Positions 28,544 to 38,310 of a stretch of 64,000 bases of DNA are shown one piece after another (the stretch's first letter is position 1; every line of letters begins with the position of its first letter). Made by a program: the position numbers and the translations under genes. Under the pieces are notes generated by a model that was not told the origin of the DNA, searched no databases, and worked only from the letters and a program-made list of their open reading frames with translations. The stretch is taken from assembly GCA_046291695.1 (NCBI GenBank), contig JBKBSO010000010.1:40319-104318 (forward strand). The letters run 5' to 3'. The DNA comes from Bacteroidia bacterium (GTDB lineage Bacteria > Bacteroidota > Bacteroidia > UBA7662).

Positions 28544-29908
28544 ATGGCATTTGTATCAAAACTGAAACCCCTGCATTGGCTGTTGATTGTACTCGGCCTG
28601 CTGCTGGTACTGGCCATAGTAGGCAAAAAAGCCGGCTGGATTGGCCAGCGTGGTATCACCAAAATCAGTACCGAAGTTGTCGAAAAGCGTTTGATCGTAG
28701 AATCGGTTTTGGCCAATGGTAAAATTCAACCTGAGGTAGAGGTCAAGATGTCGTCCGAAATATCGGGCGAGGTCATTGGCTTGTTTGTATCAGAAGGCGA
28801 TTCGGTAATGAAAGGCCAGTTGCTCGCACGCATTAATCCCGAACTTATACTAGCGGCCATGGACCGCAATGAGGCAGCCATCAACAACGCCAGGGCCCAA
28901 CTGGCTTCGGCCAGGGCGCGGCTTAATCAGCTTAAAGCCAATTTCGACAACAACATCAAGCCCAATTATGAGCGCAATGAACGATTGGTCAAAGAAAAAG
29001 TAATCTCACAAGCCGAGTACGAAGGTAGTAAGGCCAATTACGAAGCTTTTTTGCAGGAAATGGAAGCCGGCAGACAAAGCATCATTGCAGCGGAGTTTAC
29101 CGTAAAAAGTACCGAAGCCACCCAAAAAGAAACCCGCGAACAATTATTACGTACCAATATTTACGCTCCTATTGATGGTATTGTTACCCGACTGGCAGTA
29201 GAAGTTGGTGAACGCGTGGTGGGAACCATTCAAATGGCAGGTACAGAAATGATGCGTATCGCCAACCTCAATCAGATGGAAGCCCGCGTGGACGTGAGTG
29301 AAAGCGATGTGGTACGGGTGAAAATTGGCGATAGCGTGCTCATTGATGTGGATGCCTATCCCGGCCGGCAGTTTCGCGGCCTGGTGCGTGAAATTGCCAA
29401 CAGCAGCAATGCCGGCCTCGCTGCCGGGGCCGATCAGGTGACCAATTTTGGGGTAAAAATTAGCCTCATCAATGCTTCTTATGCCGATTTAACGGCTGAA
29501 CGTGGATTCCCATTCCGACCGGGTATGAGCAGTTCCGTGGAAATCCTCACCAAACGAGTGAACGACGCCCTTTCGGTACCCATCACCTCAGTTACGGTGC
29601 GGGCTTTCGACGAAAGCGGTAAAATCAAAAGCGGTCGCAAACGCGCAAACCGCGAAACAGATGCCGAAGATGAGCAAAAAACCAGTTCGCGCGATGAATT
29701 ACGCGAAGTGGTGTTCGTGTATAGTGAGGGTAAGGTCGACGCGAAAGAAGTAAAAACAGGCATTCAAGACGATCGCTATATCCAGGTTTTATCAGGCCTC
29801 GAAGCAGGTGAAGAGGTAGTGGAAGCACCCTTTTCGGCCATAAGTAAATTGCTCAAAGACGGACAAACTGTTCAAAAAGTCAAAAAAGAGCAGTTATTTA
29901 GCAAATAA
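28544..29908 (+). CDS. HlyD-family periplasmic adaptor (membrane fusion protein). The start is moved to 28544 (MAFVSKLKP...).
   Basis: A TM anchor followed by coiled-coil and beta-barrel regions. The ATG lies 2 nt after the TolC stop. The earlier called start at 28478 overlaps TolC. Confidence 0.7.
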   Translation: MAFVSKLKPLHWLLIVLGLLLVLAIVGKKAGWIGQRGITKISTEVVEKRLIVESVLANGKIQPEVEVKMSSEISGEVIGLFVSEGDSVMKGQLLARINPELILAAMDRNEAAINNARAQLASARARLNQLKANFDNNIKPNYERNERLVKEKVISQAEYEGSKANYEAFLQEMEAGRQSIIAAEFTVKSTEATQKETREQLLRTNIYAPIDGIVTRLAVEVGERVVGTIQMAGTEMMRIANLNQMEARVDVSESDVVRVKIGDSVLIDVDAYPGRQFRGLVREIANSSNAGLAAGADQVTNFGVKISLINASYADLTAERGFPFRPGMSSSVEILTKRVNDALSVPITSVTVRAFDESGKIKSGRKRANRETDAEDEQKTSSRDELREVVFVYSEGKVDAKEVKTGIQDDRYIQVLSGLEAGEEVVEAPFSAISKLLKDGQTVQKVKKEQLFSK

Positions 29909-30906
29909 TGGAGCATAAAACCAAAGTTGCCGTACTGGGCGGAGGGAGTTGGGCCACCGCCATTGTAAAAATGTTGAGCGATAACCGTGTAGATGTTCGC
30001 TGGTGGATGCGCGATGTTGAATCGGTGCAGTTTATTAATAAATTCCACCATAACCCACGCTACATTCCCAGCGCTCAATTACGCCTCAAACGTGGATCGG
30101 TGAGTACCGACCTTACCAAATGCCTGTTCGCTGCCGATTATGTGGTGATGGCCGTACCTGCCGCCTTCCTTAAAGAAGCCCTTCAGAGCATCGACAGCCG
30201 TCACCTCGAAGGCAAGGTGATTGTATCGGCCATCAAAGGCATGATACCCGATGAAAACCTCCTGATTGCCAATTTTTTCTTCAAGTACTTTAATGTGCTC
30301 GAAAGCAATTTCTTGGTGATTAGCGGCCCCTGCCATGCCGAAGAAGTGGCCCAGGAAAAGCTGAGCTACCTCACCATAGCTGGTCAGGACGAACCCAAAG
30401 CAGCGCATTTTGCCTCACTTTTGCGCAACCGCTACATGTCAACCTCAACTTCCGACGATATTTACGGCACCGAATATTCGGCAGTGATGAAAAACATTTA
30501 TGCCATCGCCGGTGGAATTGCACATGGTTTGGGTTATGGCGACAATTACATCGCAGTTTTGGTGAGTAATGCAATCATTGAGCTAAAGCTGTTTTTACGA
30601 GAGGTATACCCGGTGCGCCGCGACATTAAAGGCTCCGCCTACTTGGGCGATTTGTTGGTTACAGCCTACAGCCAGTTCAGCCGAAACCGCACCTTTGGCA
30701 ATATGATTGGCAAGGGTTATTCGGTAAAATCGGCCCAGTTTGAAATGAATATGGTAGCCGAAGGCTATTATGCCGTGCGTTCAGTGCACAACCTCAATAA
30801 AAAACTCAAATGCGAGTTGCCTATAGCCGAAACGGTTTACCGCATTTTATACGAAGGGGCCAGTGCCCGGCAGGAATTTAAAGCGCTGAGCGAAAAACTG
30901 AAATAG
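29908..30906 (+). CDS. gpsA: NAD(P)H-dependent glycerol-3-phosphate dehydrogenase
   Basis: Rossmann N-terminus VAVLGGGSWATAIV and 332 aa. Confidence 0.85.
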   Translation: MEHKTKVAVLGGGSWATAIVKMLSDNRVDVRWWMRDVESVQFINKFHHNPRYIPSAQLRLKRGSVSTDLTKCLFAADYVVMAVPAAFLKEALQSIDSRHLEGKVIVSAIKGMIPDENLLIANFFFKYFNVLESNFLVISGPCHAEEVAQEKLSYLTIAGQDEPKAAHFASLLRNRYMSTSTSDDIYGTEYSAVMKNIYAIAGGIAHGLGYGDNYIAVLVSNAIIELKLFLREVYPVRRDIKGSAYLGDLLVTAYSQFSRNRTFGNMIGKGYSVKSAQFEMNMVAEGYYAVRSVHNLNKKLKCELPIAETVYRILYEGASARQEFKALSEKLK

Positions 30907-30955
30907 TACTCGCTTCGCTCGTGGGGAGCGCTCGCTGGCGCTCGCGGGGTTCGAT
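30906..30955. repeat. GC-rich CTCGCTGG-family repeat block, locus 2
   Basis: TACTCGCTTCGCTCGTGGGGAGCGCTCGCTGGCGCTCGCGGGG lies directly after the gpsA stop. Confidence 0.55.
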
Positions 30956-31257
30956 GCTACGGTTAGCTTGTTACGGAGCTCGAATGCCGAATGGCAATAT
31001 TCGCAGCCATGCACAACAGTTTTTGGATTGCTAACCGCTTTTGCTTGGCATTGCGCTTGATTACACAGAAGTAAGTGTTGCAACCCGGTACTTTTTCAAG
31101 TAACACATTGATTCGTTAACTAAACGACATTGAATTTCAAATTCGAATTGTGCTGTTCGAAGCTGTGCTCCTTGGGTTATGGTGCGCTCGAATCTTGAAT
31201 GCTGAATAACGAGTGCGATAGCACAGGCGATGAATCTTGAATTCCCCCGCCGTGCAT

Positions 31258-31650
31258 TCAACGCAGCGAATCAAACAACTGCGCAATCCGATCGCGCGGC
31301 AGAATTTTTTGTCCGGTGCGCCCCGAAGCCACCAACCTGGGGCCGGAATGTGCTTCCCAACTGCAAATCACTGCATGGCCATCTACCTTATCGAGTCGGG
31401 CGGTAAAGCATACTTCTGAACCAACCAAAGCGGGACTGTGGTGCTCAACGGTTACAAAGGTGCCTATCCCTTCTTCTTGAGGCTCCTTCATGGCGAGTAC
31501 AAACTGGCGGCAAGCCCATTCGGCTTCGCGCGCAACCGCAAAGGTGGCATATACCGGATGTACTTCTTCCCCTGCAAAGCAGGCGGTATCGCTTTCGCTT
31601 ACGCGATGCGTGATTTGTTTAATGGCACCCGGAGCAAAGGCCTGTATCAT
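31258..31650 (-). CDS. Hotdog-fold thioesterase family protein
   Basis: 130 aa. ATGA overlap with the upstream DtxR-family regulator gene. Confidence 0.55.
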   Translation of the reverse strand: MIQAFAPGAIKQITHRVSESDTACFAGEEVHPVYATFAVAREAEWACRQFVLAMKEPQEEGIGTFVTVEHHSPALVGSEVCFTARLDKVDGHAVICSWEAHSGPRLVASGRTGQKILPRDRIAQLFDSLR

Positions 31651-32315
31651 CCTTGTTTTTTTACGTAAATATTCCCGGCAATTTCACGCGAAATCTGTAA
31701 TTCGCGTCCATCGGTAAAGCGCAATTGCATAGATTGATCGTAGGCCATTTTGTCGATTACCTCAATCCGCTTGCCGAGGTTGAGGTTCACCTGATCGAGG
31801 TACTGCAAAAAAGCAGGACTGTGCTCAAAAACGGCAATTACCAGCCCCTTGTCGCCGAGTTCTAGTCGTGAGAGTAATATCTGGTCGCTTTCAGGCAATT
31901 CGCCCGATTCGGTAGGAATCGGGTCGCCGTGTGGATCGGCAGAGGGGTTGCCCAGGTATTCGGCCAAACGACGTATGAATTTTGGGTCCGAAACATGCTC
32001 CAGTTCCTCAGCGATTTCATGAATTTCGTCCCAGCCAAAATTGAGCTTTTGTACCAAAAATACTTCCCAAAGCCGATGTCGGCGCACGATAGACAAGGCG
32101 GTGAGCCGACCTGTTTCGGTTAGGGTAACGCCCTGATATTTTTTATAATAGATTAGTTCCTTTTCGCTGAGCTTCCGCAACATGTCGGTCACGGAGGCGG
32201 CCCGGGTTTCTAAGACTTCGGCTATGGCGTTGGTGCTCGCGCCCTTGGTTTCGCGATCGGTAATTTTGTAGATCGCTTTTAGATAATTCTCTTCAGTAAT
32301 TGTGAGGCGCTGCAT
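31647..32315 (-). CDS. DtxR/MntR-family metal-dependent transcriptional repressor with a C-terminal FeoA/SH3-like domain
   Basis: N-terminal wHTH (ENYLKAIY...) followed by a metal-binding dimerisation region and a FeoA-like tail. It is divergent from a HupE/UreJ metal transporter gene. Confidence 0.75.
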   Translation of the reverse strand: MQRLTITEENYLKAIYKITDRETKGASTNAIAEVLETRAASVTDMLRKLSEKELIYYKKYQGVTLTETGRLTALSIVRRHRLWEVFLVQKLNFGWDEIHEIAEELEHVSDPKFIRRLAEYLGNPSADPHGDPIPTESGELPESDQILLSRLELGDKGLVIAVFEHSPAFLQYLDQVNLNLGKRIEVIDKMAYDQSMQLRFTDGRELQISREIAGNIYVKKQG

Positions 32316-32368
32316 ACGACTGCTAAGTTCACGTTCAAAGTTTAAAGTTCAAAGTTCAAAGTTCAAAA
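32311..32368 (-). promoter_or_regulatory. Second copy of the shared promoter and 5'UTR module, with four tandem TTTGAAC repeats, driving the DtxR-family gene
   Basis: Its reverse complement CATTTTTGAACTTTGAACTTTGAACTTTAAACTTTGAACGTGAACTTAGCAGTCGTATGCA matches 8184..8235. Confidence 0.45.
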
Positions 32369-32595
32369 ATGGAGTACGAGTGAATCTAATGTGCAAGACG
32401 TAAATCACACGGTATTTTGGTTTAAAGTTCAAAGTCGTATAGGTAACAAATCCGTGGCTGAATCAAAAGTCCTTGATGGTGATGGTTACTTCAGCGCCTT
32501 CTAGCGTATTGCAAAGCAAAAGCGACTAGCTAAAAAAAGCTGTTCAAGCTGGCGAAAACAGAGGTTTAGCAATTGCTCATCAGAGGCAACAAAAG

Positions 32596-32690
32596 CCCCG
32601 TGCCCGCTCTGCCCCCAGCGAGCGAAGCGAGCGCTCCCCACGAGCGAAGCGAGTACTCCCCACGAGCAAAGCGAGTACTCCCTTCGAAAA
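32596..32690. repeat. GC-rich CTCGCTGG-family repeat block, locus 3, in inverted orientation
   Basis: CCAGCGAGCGAAGCGAGCGCTCCCCACGAGCGAAGCGAGTACTCCCCACGAGC... is the reverse complement of the locus 1 and locus 5 units. Confidence 0.55.
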
Positions 32691-32730
32691 ACAAAAATCA
32701 CTATTTTGGCAGCTTGTTAAAACCTGTACC

Positions 32731-33312
32731 TTGACTGATTTCGGCTTTTGGTTCGATACTGGCATGTGGCACATTGCCGACTGGCAAGCGTATGACCACA
32801 TCCTTTTTTTGCTGGCGCTGTGTGGCTTATACCGCTGGAGCGATTGGAAAAGTTTGCTCTTGTTGGTTACGGCTTTTACCCTTGGCCATAGCCTAACCTT
32901 GGCTTTAGCGGTGCTCAATGTGCTCCATTTTCCTTCAAGTGCGATTGAACTGGCCATCCCGTTAAGCATTTTGATTACTTGCCTGTATAATTTTGGACGC
33001 CTCAAGCAAAACAGCCGTAAAGCCGATGCAGTGCGCTACCTGATGGCACTTTTTTTTGGCCTCATTCACGGATTGGGTTTTAGTTTCCTGCTTAAAAGTA
33101 TGTTGGGGCAGGAGCATAGCATCCTCTTACCCCTTTTTGCCTTTAATGTTGGACTCGAAGCGGGCCAGTTGCTCATCCTAACCCTCATTTTGCTAGTCGG
33201 AAGCCTGGTGCGACGCTTAGGTGTAGCCGAACGCGATTGGCGGTTTTTTCTTTCCGCAGCTACTTTTGGCATAGCTCTGGTCATGAGCCTCGAACGTTTT
33301 ACCCACTTATAG
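32731..33312 (+). CDS. HupE/UreJ-family membrane protein (Ni/Co-type metal transporter)
   Basis: 193 aa with about 6 TM helices. His-containing TM motifs (TLGHSLTLA, GLIHGLGF). Confidence 0.65.
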   Translation: MTDFGFWFDTGMWHIADWQAYDHILFLLALCGLYRWSDWKSLLLLVTAFTLGHSLTLALAVLNVLHFPSSAIELAIPLSILITCLYNFGRLKQNSRKADAVRYLMALFFGLIHGLGFSFLLKSMLGQEHSILLPLFAFNVGLEAGQLLILTLILLVGSLVRRLGVAERDWRFFLSAATFGIALVMSLERFTHL

Positions 33313-33341
33313 GTTATCTTCTTTTGTATTCAACCCGCAGC

Positions 33342-35744
33342 ATGTATAAAAAGCTACTTACACTATTTCTGATGGCCGCCATGGGCAGTTTGCCTTTCGG
33401 TTCCCTGGCACAGAATATCCGAAACAACCCGAACTCGAACCATGGCAATAAGTTCGAACAGTTGGGTACCATTTTGCCCGACGCCAATACCTACCGAACC
33501 GCCTCTGGTGCTCCCGGGCATGCCTACTGGCAACAGCGCGCCGATTATGACATTGACGCCTTTTTAGATGAAGAGAAGCTGATTTTACATGGGAACGAGC
33601 GCATCACCTACCTCAACAATTCGCCGGATGCCCTGGATTACCTTTGGCTTCAACTCGATGAAAATCAGCATGATCCGGCGAATGAAGCCAATCATTTTAA
33701 TGAAAGTCGTTTGGGGCGCCGCCTGGGCACTCGCGATATTGACCGGTTAGACGTGTACAGCGAAATGGCTGGACATGGGGTAAAGATTGAATCAGTGACC
33801 GACGATAAGGGCAAAGCCTTGCCTTATGTAATCAACAACACCATGATGCGGGTTGACCTACCCAAAGCCCTTGCTCCGGGTAAAAAAATCAGCTTCCGCA
33901 TCCGTTGGCACTATCGTATTCCAGAGCGTTCGCGCATTGGTGGCCGGGGTGGTTATGAGAAGTTTGACGATGGCAATGCCGTATTTACCATTACCCAATG
34001 GTTTCCGCGCCTGTGTGTGTATAGCGATTATCAGGGCTGGAACAATAAACAGTTTACCGGCCGTGGTGAATTTGCCCTGCCTTTTGGAAATTACAAGGTA
34101 CGCATGAATGTGCCCGAAGATCACCTGATAGTGGCTACGGGGGAATGCCAAAATTATAGCAAGTTGCTTAGTAAAGATCAGTTGGCACGTTGGAAACAAG
34201 CCCAAAATGCTACTGAACCCGTGGAAGTAGTAACCTTAGCTGAAGCCATTGCACGCGAAAATAGCCCTAAAAAGGGCCGTAAACAATGGGAGTATGTGGC
34301 GCACAATGTGCGCGACTTCGCCTGGGGTAGCTCTCGTAAATTTGTGTGGGATGCCATGCCAGTAACCATCGAAGGCAAAAAAATCATGGCCATGAGCGCA
34401 TATCCTAAAGAGGCCTATGGTCTTTATCGCAAGTACAGCACCAAAGTTGTAGCCCATACTTTGCGGGTGTACAGCAAATTCACCATTCCCTATCCCTATC
34501 CGGTGGCCATTAGCGTGGAGGCCAGCAATGGCATGGAATACCCCATGATCTGCTTCAATTATGGCCGCACAAACGAAGATGGCACTTACAGCGAACAAAC
34601 CAAGTACGGCATGATTGGGGTCATCATCCACGAAGTAGGGCATAATTTCTTCCCCATGATCGTGAACAGCGATGAGCGTAACTGGAGCTGGATGGACGAA
34701 GGCCTGAATACCTTCGTGCAGTTTTTGGCCGAGCAGGAATTCGACAACAATTACCCTTCACGCCGAGGGCCGGCCCATAAAATCGTCGATTATATGAAGC
34801 TCGAGCCGGATGAGCTCGAACCCATCATGACCAATAGCGAAAACATCATACAGTTTGGCCCTAATGCCTATGCCAAACCGGCAACTGCACTCAATATTTT
34901 GAGGGAAACGGTTATGGGGCGCGAGCTGTTCGACTTCGCCTTTAAAACCTATGCCACCCGCTGGGCCTTTAAACATCCGAGCCCCGCCGATTTTTTTCGT
35001 ACCATGGAAGATGCTTCCGGGGTCGACCTCGATTGGTTTTGGCGTGGTTGGTTTTACGATATCGAGCCGGTCGACATCAGCCTTGATAGTGTGCTTGTGC
35101 TCCGGCCTGAACGTGGTCCGGAAATTGTGTTTTCGCCCAGTCGCCGTCGGGCCAATCGCAGCCCAGCGAATGAGGAGGAGTTTATACACATCAGCCGTTA
35201 CCGCAATAAGCAGGAGGGAATACCCTTTTTGGTGGATGTAGATACCAGCTTACGCGATTTTTATTACCATTACACGGCAGCGCAAAGACGCGAAGATGCC
35301 GAGGAAGCAGCATTGAGTCCGGTTAACCCATTTAGTGGCTGGGATACGCTTACTAAGGAGGAGTTTTTTTTCGGTGGCTACCAGCAGAAGTATGTGTATG
35401 AGCTGCATTTGAGCAATAAAGGGGGGCTGGTAATGCCCGTAATTTTACGATGGGAATATGAAGATGGCAGTACGGAAGAAGAACGGATAAGTGCGTATAT
35501 CTGGCGGAAGAATGAACATCAAATCGTAAAAACCTTCGTGAAGGCCAAGCCGGTAAAGCGTATTTTACTCGATCCCTGGCGCGAAACCGCCGACATTGAC
35601 GAAAGCAACAACTTTTGGCCGCGCGATGGCGAAACAGCCATGCCCACACCTTTGCAATTGTACAAAGCACGCTCCAACGGTCGCAACGCAGCTGCCGGCA
35701 GCGAAAATCCCATGCAAAAACGAAGGGTGAAGCGGGAAGAATGA
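33342..35744 (+). CDS. M1-family zinc metallopeptidase (aminopeptidase N-like), secreted. The start is moved to 33342 (MYKKLLTLFL...).
   Basis: Signal peptide present. HEVGH followed 19 residues later by E (WMDEG) fits the gluzincin HExxH-x18-E signature. Confidence 0.75.
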   Translation: MYKKLLTLFLMAAMGSLPFGSLAQNIRNNPNSNHGNKFEQLGTILPDANTYRTASGAPGHAYWQQRADYDIDAFLDEEKLILHGNERITYLNNSPDALDYLWLQLDENQHDPANEANHFNESRLGRRLGTRDIDRLDVYSEMAGHGVKIESVTDDKGKALPYVINNTMMRVDLPKALAPGKKISFRIRWHYRIPERSRIGGRGGYEKFDDGNAVFTITQWFPRLCVYSDYQGWNNKQFTGRGEFALPFGNYKVRMNVPEDHLIVATGECQNYSKLLSKDQLARWKQAQNATEPVEVVTLAEAIARENSPKKGRKQWEYVAHNVRDFAWGSSRKFVWDAMPVTIEGKKIMAMSAYPKEAYGLYRKYSTKVVAHTLRVYSKFTIPYPYPVAISVEASNGMEYPMICFNYGRTNEDGTYSEQTKYGMIGVIIHEVGHNFFPMIVNSDERNWSWMDEGLNTFVQFLAEQEFDNNYPSRRGPAHKIVDYMKLEPDELEPIMTNSENIIQFGPNAYAKPATALNILRETVMGRELFDFAFKTYATRWAFKHPSPADFFRTMEDASGVDLDWFWRGWFYDIEPVDISLDSVLVLRPERGPEIVFSPSRRRANRSPANEEEFIHISRYRNKQEGIPFLVDVDTSLRDFYYHYTAAQRREDAEEAALSPVNPFSGWDTLTKEEFFFGGYQQKYVYELHLSNKGGLVMPVILRWEYEDGSTEEERISAYIWRKNEHQIVKTFVKAKPVKRILLDPWRETADIDESNNFWPRDGETAMPTPLQLYKARSNGRNAAAGSENPMQKRRVKREE

Positions 35745-35844
35745 AGCGGGAAGAGGGAAGAGGGAAGTGAGAGGCCGAAGGAGAAGGATGAAGCGTGAAG
35801 TCAGAAGTTCATCTAAAACCGCAATGAATTGCGGTTCCCACCCT

Positions 35845-35900
35845 CCGAAGGACCCAGCGCGAAGCGCGCTCCCCACTCGCGAAGCGAGTCTCCCCAGTGA
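35845..35900. repeat. GC-rich CTCGCTGG-family repeat block, locus 4, in inverted orientation
   Basis: CCAGCGCGAAGCGCGCTCCCCACTCGCGAAGCGAGTCTCCCCAGTGAGCGCCAGCGAAC lies after the M1 peptidase stop. Confidence 0.5.
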
Positions 35901-35978
35901 GCGCCAGCGAACCCGAAACCAAAACTTCAAACCCTCACAATACTGACTTAATATTCCGGTAAAACCCGTAACTGTACT

Positions 35979-37697
35979 TTGTTGGTTATGAAGTTTTACG
36001 GGTATTTATGCCTCTTACTGCTCCTTCTTGGCCCGGTCAAGGTAAATGCCCAACCACTTACCGACAGTCTGAAAGCCGAATTGGACGGTTTGCTGCACCA
36101 GACCCCGGCAAAAGCCTTTAGCATTGCCCATTCGCTCATGCTGCAAGCCGATTCGGCCAGCCATCCCGAGCTGCAAGCCTGGGCACATGATGTGATGGGT
36201 GAAATCATGTACTATCGGGGCATGTATCAGCAATCCTTGTATCACCTCATCACCTCGCACACCATTTGGGAAGATTTGGGCGATAAACGGGCCACAGCCA
36301 ACAGCCTTTTGCTGCTCGGCCGGGTTTATTACTACACCCATCAAGCCGAATTGGCCGAAGAGAGTTACCGCGAAGCGCTCGATTTATACGAAGCCCTAAC
36401 CGATCGCGCCGGCATTGGTCGCGCCTTGGCATCGCTCGGGCATTTGGCCGAAAAACGTGGCGCTTACGATACCGCCATTCAGCTTCAAGAAGCTGCCCTC
36501 CAGCATTTTTTGTCCATAGCCGATAATGCGGGCGAGGCTGATGTGTATGAGCACTTGGGCAGCATATATGAAGACCTGGAGCAATTCCCATTGGCTGAGA
36601 CTTACTTTAGAAAGGCACTCGGCCTCAACCAAAGTCAGAATAACCGCCTGAAAGCCATCATTAACCTGAACAATATTGGCGATGTGTACCGTAAGACACG
36701 CGACTACCAAAAAGCCGAAATCTACAGCATGGCTGCCCTGCAACTGGCCGATTCCTTGAGGAACACTTACCAACTGCTAAGTGCCCTAAAAGACCTGGCA
36801 AAATTGGCTTTCGATCAGAATAACTATCAAAAAGCCTATTTGCTGCTCGACTCGCATCGCGTGGTGTACAACCGACTCTATAACGAAGAAAGCAGCTTGC
36901 AAACCAGTCTGCTTCAAACCTTGTACGAAAGTCGCCAAAAAGATAACCGGATTGCACAACTCATCGCCACCCGTCGGCAAAACCGCATGGTGATGTTGCT
37001 GTCGGGTTTGCTGGCCGTACTCTTGCTGCTGAGCACCTACCTGATTTTGAACCGCAAACGACTTCGGCTCGAAAAAGACAATAAGCTGCTGGCCAAAGAG
37101 CGCGAAATTGAAGAGCAACAAAAGCGTTTGGCCCTGGCCGATTTGCAAAATACCAAGTTGAACGAAGCCCAGCTCGATTCGGAACTCAAAATCAAACAGC
37201 TTCACGAAGAACTGCTGAACAAAGAACTGGAACTCCGAGGCCGCGAACTTACCACGCATACCTTGCAAATCATTCGCAAAAATCGACTGCTCGGCGAATT
37301 GCGCGATAAACTGCAAAAGCTGAGCAAATCGAACCCAAGCGAGCAGAAGCAAATTGTGCGCGATCTCGGCAAAAAAATCGACATCAGCCTGGTGCAGGAA
37401 AAAGAATGGGTATCGTTTAACAAATCCTTCGAGGAAGTCCATCAGGGCTTCTACAGCGTACTGCACAACCTGCACCCCGATTTAAGTGCTGCCGAAATCC
37501 GGCTGTGTGCCCTCATCCGCCTCAACATGAGCTCACGCGATATTGCCACCATCCTGGGCATTTCGGCCGATAGCCTGCGGGTATCGCGCTACCGATTGAA
37601 GAAAAAATTGGGCCTCGAAGCTGAAGCTAAGTTAACACCCTACATTCACGCCATAGCGGTTAAAAACGGAGTTAATTCGCTCATTAACAAAATATAG
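35979..37697 (+). CDS. TPR-repeat sensor-type regulator with one TM segment and a C-terminal LuxR-type HTH
   Basis: Signal peptide, multiple TPR-like repeats and a TM helix (MVMLLSGLLAVLLLLSTYLIL). A coiled-coil region precedes the C-terminal HTH (IRLCALIRLNMSSRDIATILGISADSLRVSRYRLKKKLGL). Confidence 0.65.
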   Translation: MLVMKFYGYLCLLLLLLGPVKVNAQPLTDSLKAELDGLLHQTPAKAFSIAHSLMLQADSASHPELQAWAHDVMGEIMYYRGMYQQSLYHLITSHTIWEDLGDKRATANSLLLLGRVYYYTHQAELAEESYREALDLYEALTDRAGIGRALASLGHLAEKRGAYDTAIQLQEAALQHFLSIADNAGEADVYEHLGSIYEDLEQFPLAETYFRKALGLNQSQNNRLKAIINLNNIGDVYRKTRDYQKAEIYSMAALQLADSLRNTYQLLSALKDLAKLAFDQNNYQKAYLLLDSHRVVYNRLYNEESSLQTSLLQTLYESRQKDNRIAQLIATRRQNRMVMLLSGLLAVLLLLSTYLILNRKRLRLEKDNKLLAKEREIEEQQKRLALADLQNTKLNEAQLDSELKIKQLHEELLNKELELRGRELTTHTLQIIRKNRLLGELRDKLQKLSKSNPSEQKQIVRDLGKKIDISLVQEKEWVSFNKSFEEVHQGFYSVLHNLHPDLSAAEIRLCALIRLNMSSRDIATILGISADSLRVSRYRLKKKLGLEAEAKLTPYIHAIAVKNGVNSLINKI

Positions 37698-37823
37698 CGA
37701 GGGGATGTTGTTGATTTGTTTGCGTTAAAAATCGCCCTTGTTAACGATTAGTAGCCCCCAGGGTAATCTTGAAGTAATGCCACGAGCCGAAACTTGCCGG
37801 AAATCTATATTTCCAACCGAAAT

Positions 37824-37998
37824 GAAAAAATCATTACTTCTTTTGAGTGCCGCAACACGCTTCAGCTTCAGCAGCCAAGCGAAAGCTTGCCCGGGAAGCG
37901 ACACCCTATTCAGCACGCCTGTTAGCCTGGCACTAAGCCCTGACTGGGTGACCGGTGATGCCGATTTTGTTCCCATAACAACTGGGAAGCCGCGATGA
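37824..37998 (+). CDS. Possible small secreted peptide of about 58 aa (MKKSLLLLSAATRFSFSSQA / KACPGSDTLF...)
   Basis: Signal-peptide-like N-terminus. It is contained within the called ORF 37738..37998. No homology was recognised, so it may not be real. Confidence 0.2.
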
Positions 37999-38134
37999 TC
38001 GGTAAAGGAGTGTGTTGGTCAAAGTCGCCAAGGACAATGGCGTATGGTATGCTATTCAGCAATCTACCCGTTTACCGATATCGGCAGCCGTTGTTTTTAT
38101 GAATTGATTATATTACGAAAAATTTAAAGCGTAA

Positions 38135-38310
38135 TGGCAAAGCACAACGAAAGCGCTTCAGGTGGCGCGGTTTATGGACTCGGTTTTATTGGTGCAGCGG
38201 TGTTCTACATTTCAACCGCCAAAGGATTTGTAATGGGCGTAGCCGGTTTTCTGAAAGCCTTGGTATGGCCAGCATTTTTGGTTTATGAGGCTTTAAAGGC
38301 CTTGCAATAG
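38135..38310 (+). CDS. Uncalled small hydrophobic protein of about 58 aa with a glycine-zipper TM region (GGAVYGLGFIGAAVFY...GVAGFLKALVWPAFLVY)
   Basis: ATG at 38135 and TAG at 38308. There are two predicted TM segments. It falls below the 60-aa cutoff of the ORF track. Confidence 0.3.

Noticed and set aside
30960-31257. Possible small RNA or ORF in the 300-bp spacer after gpsA, with GAATCTTGAAT-type short repeats
   Set aside because: There are only low-complexity AT-rich direct repeats. It has no clear hairpin and no conserved motif, and no ORF of 40 aa or more has a start context.
33237-33341. Upstream start of the M1 peptidase as called
   Set aside because: It overlaps the HupE 3' end. 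Starting at 33342 (MYKKLLTLFLMAAMG...) gives a proper signal peptide.
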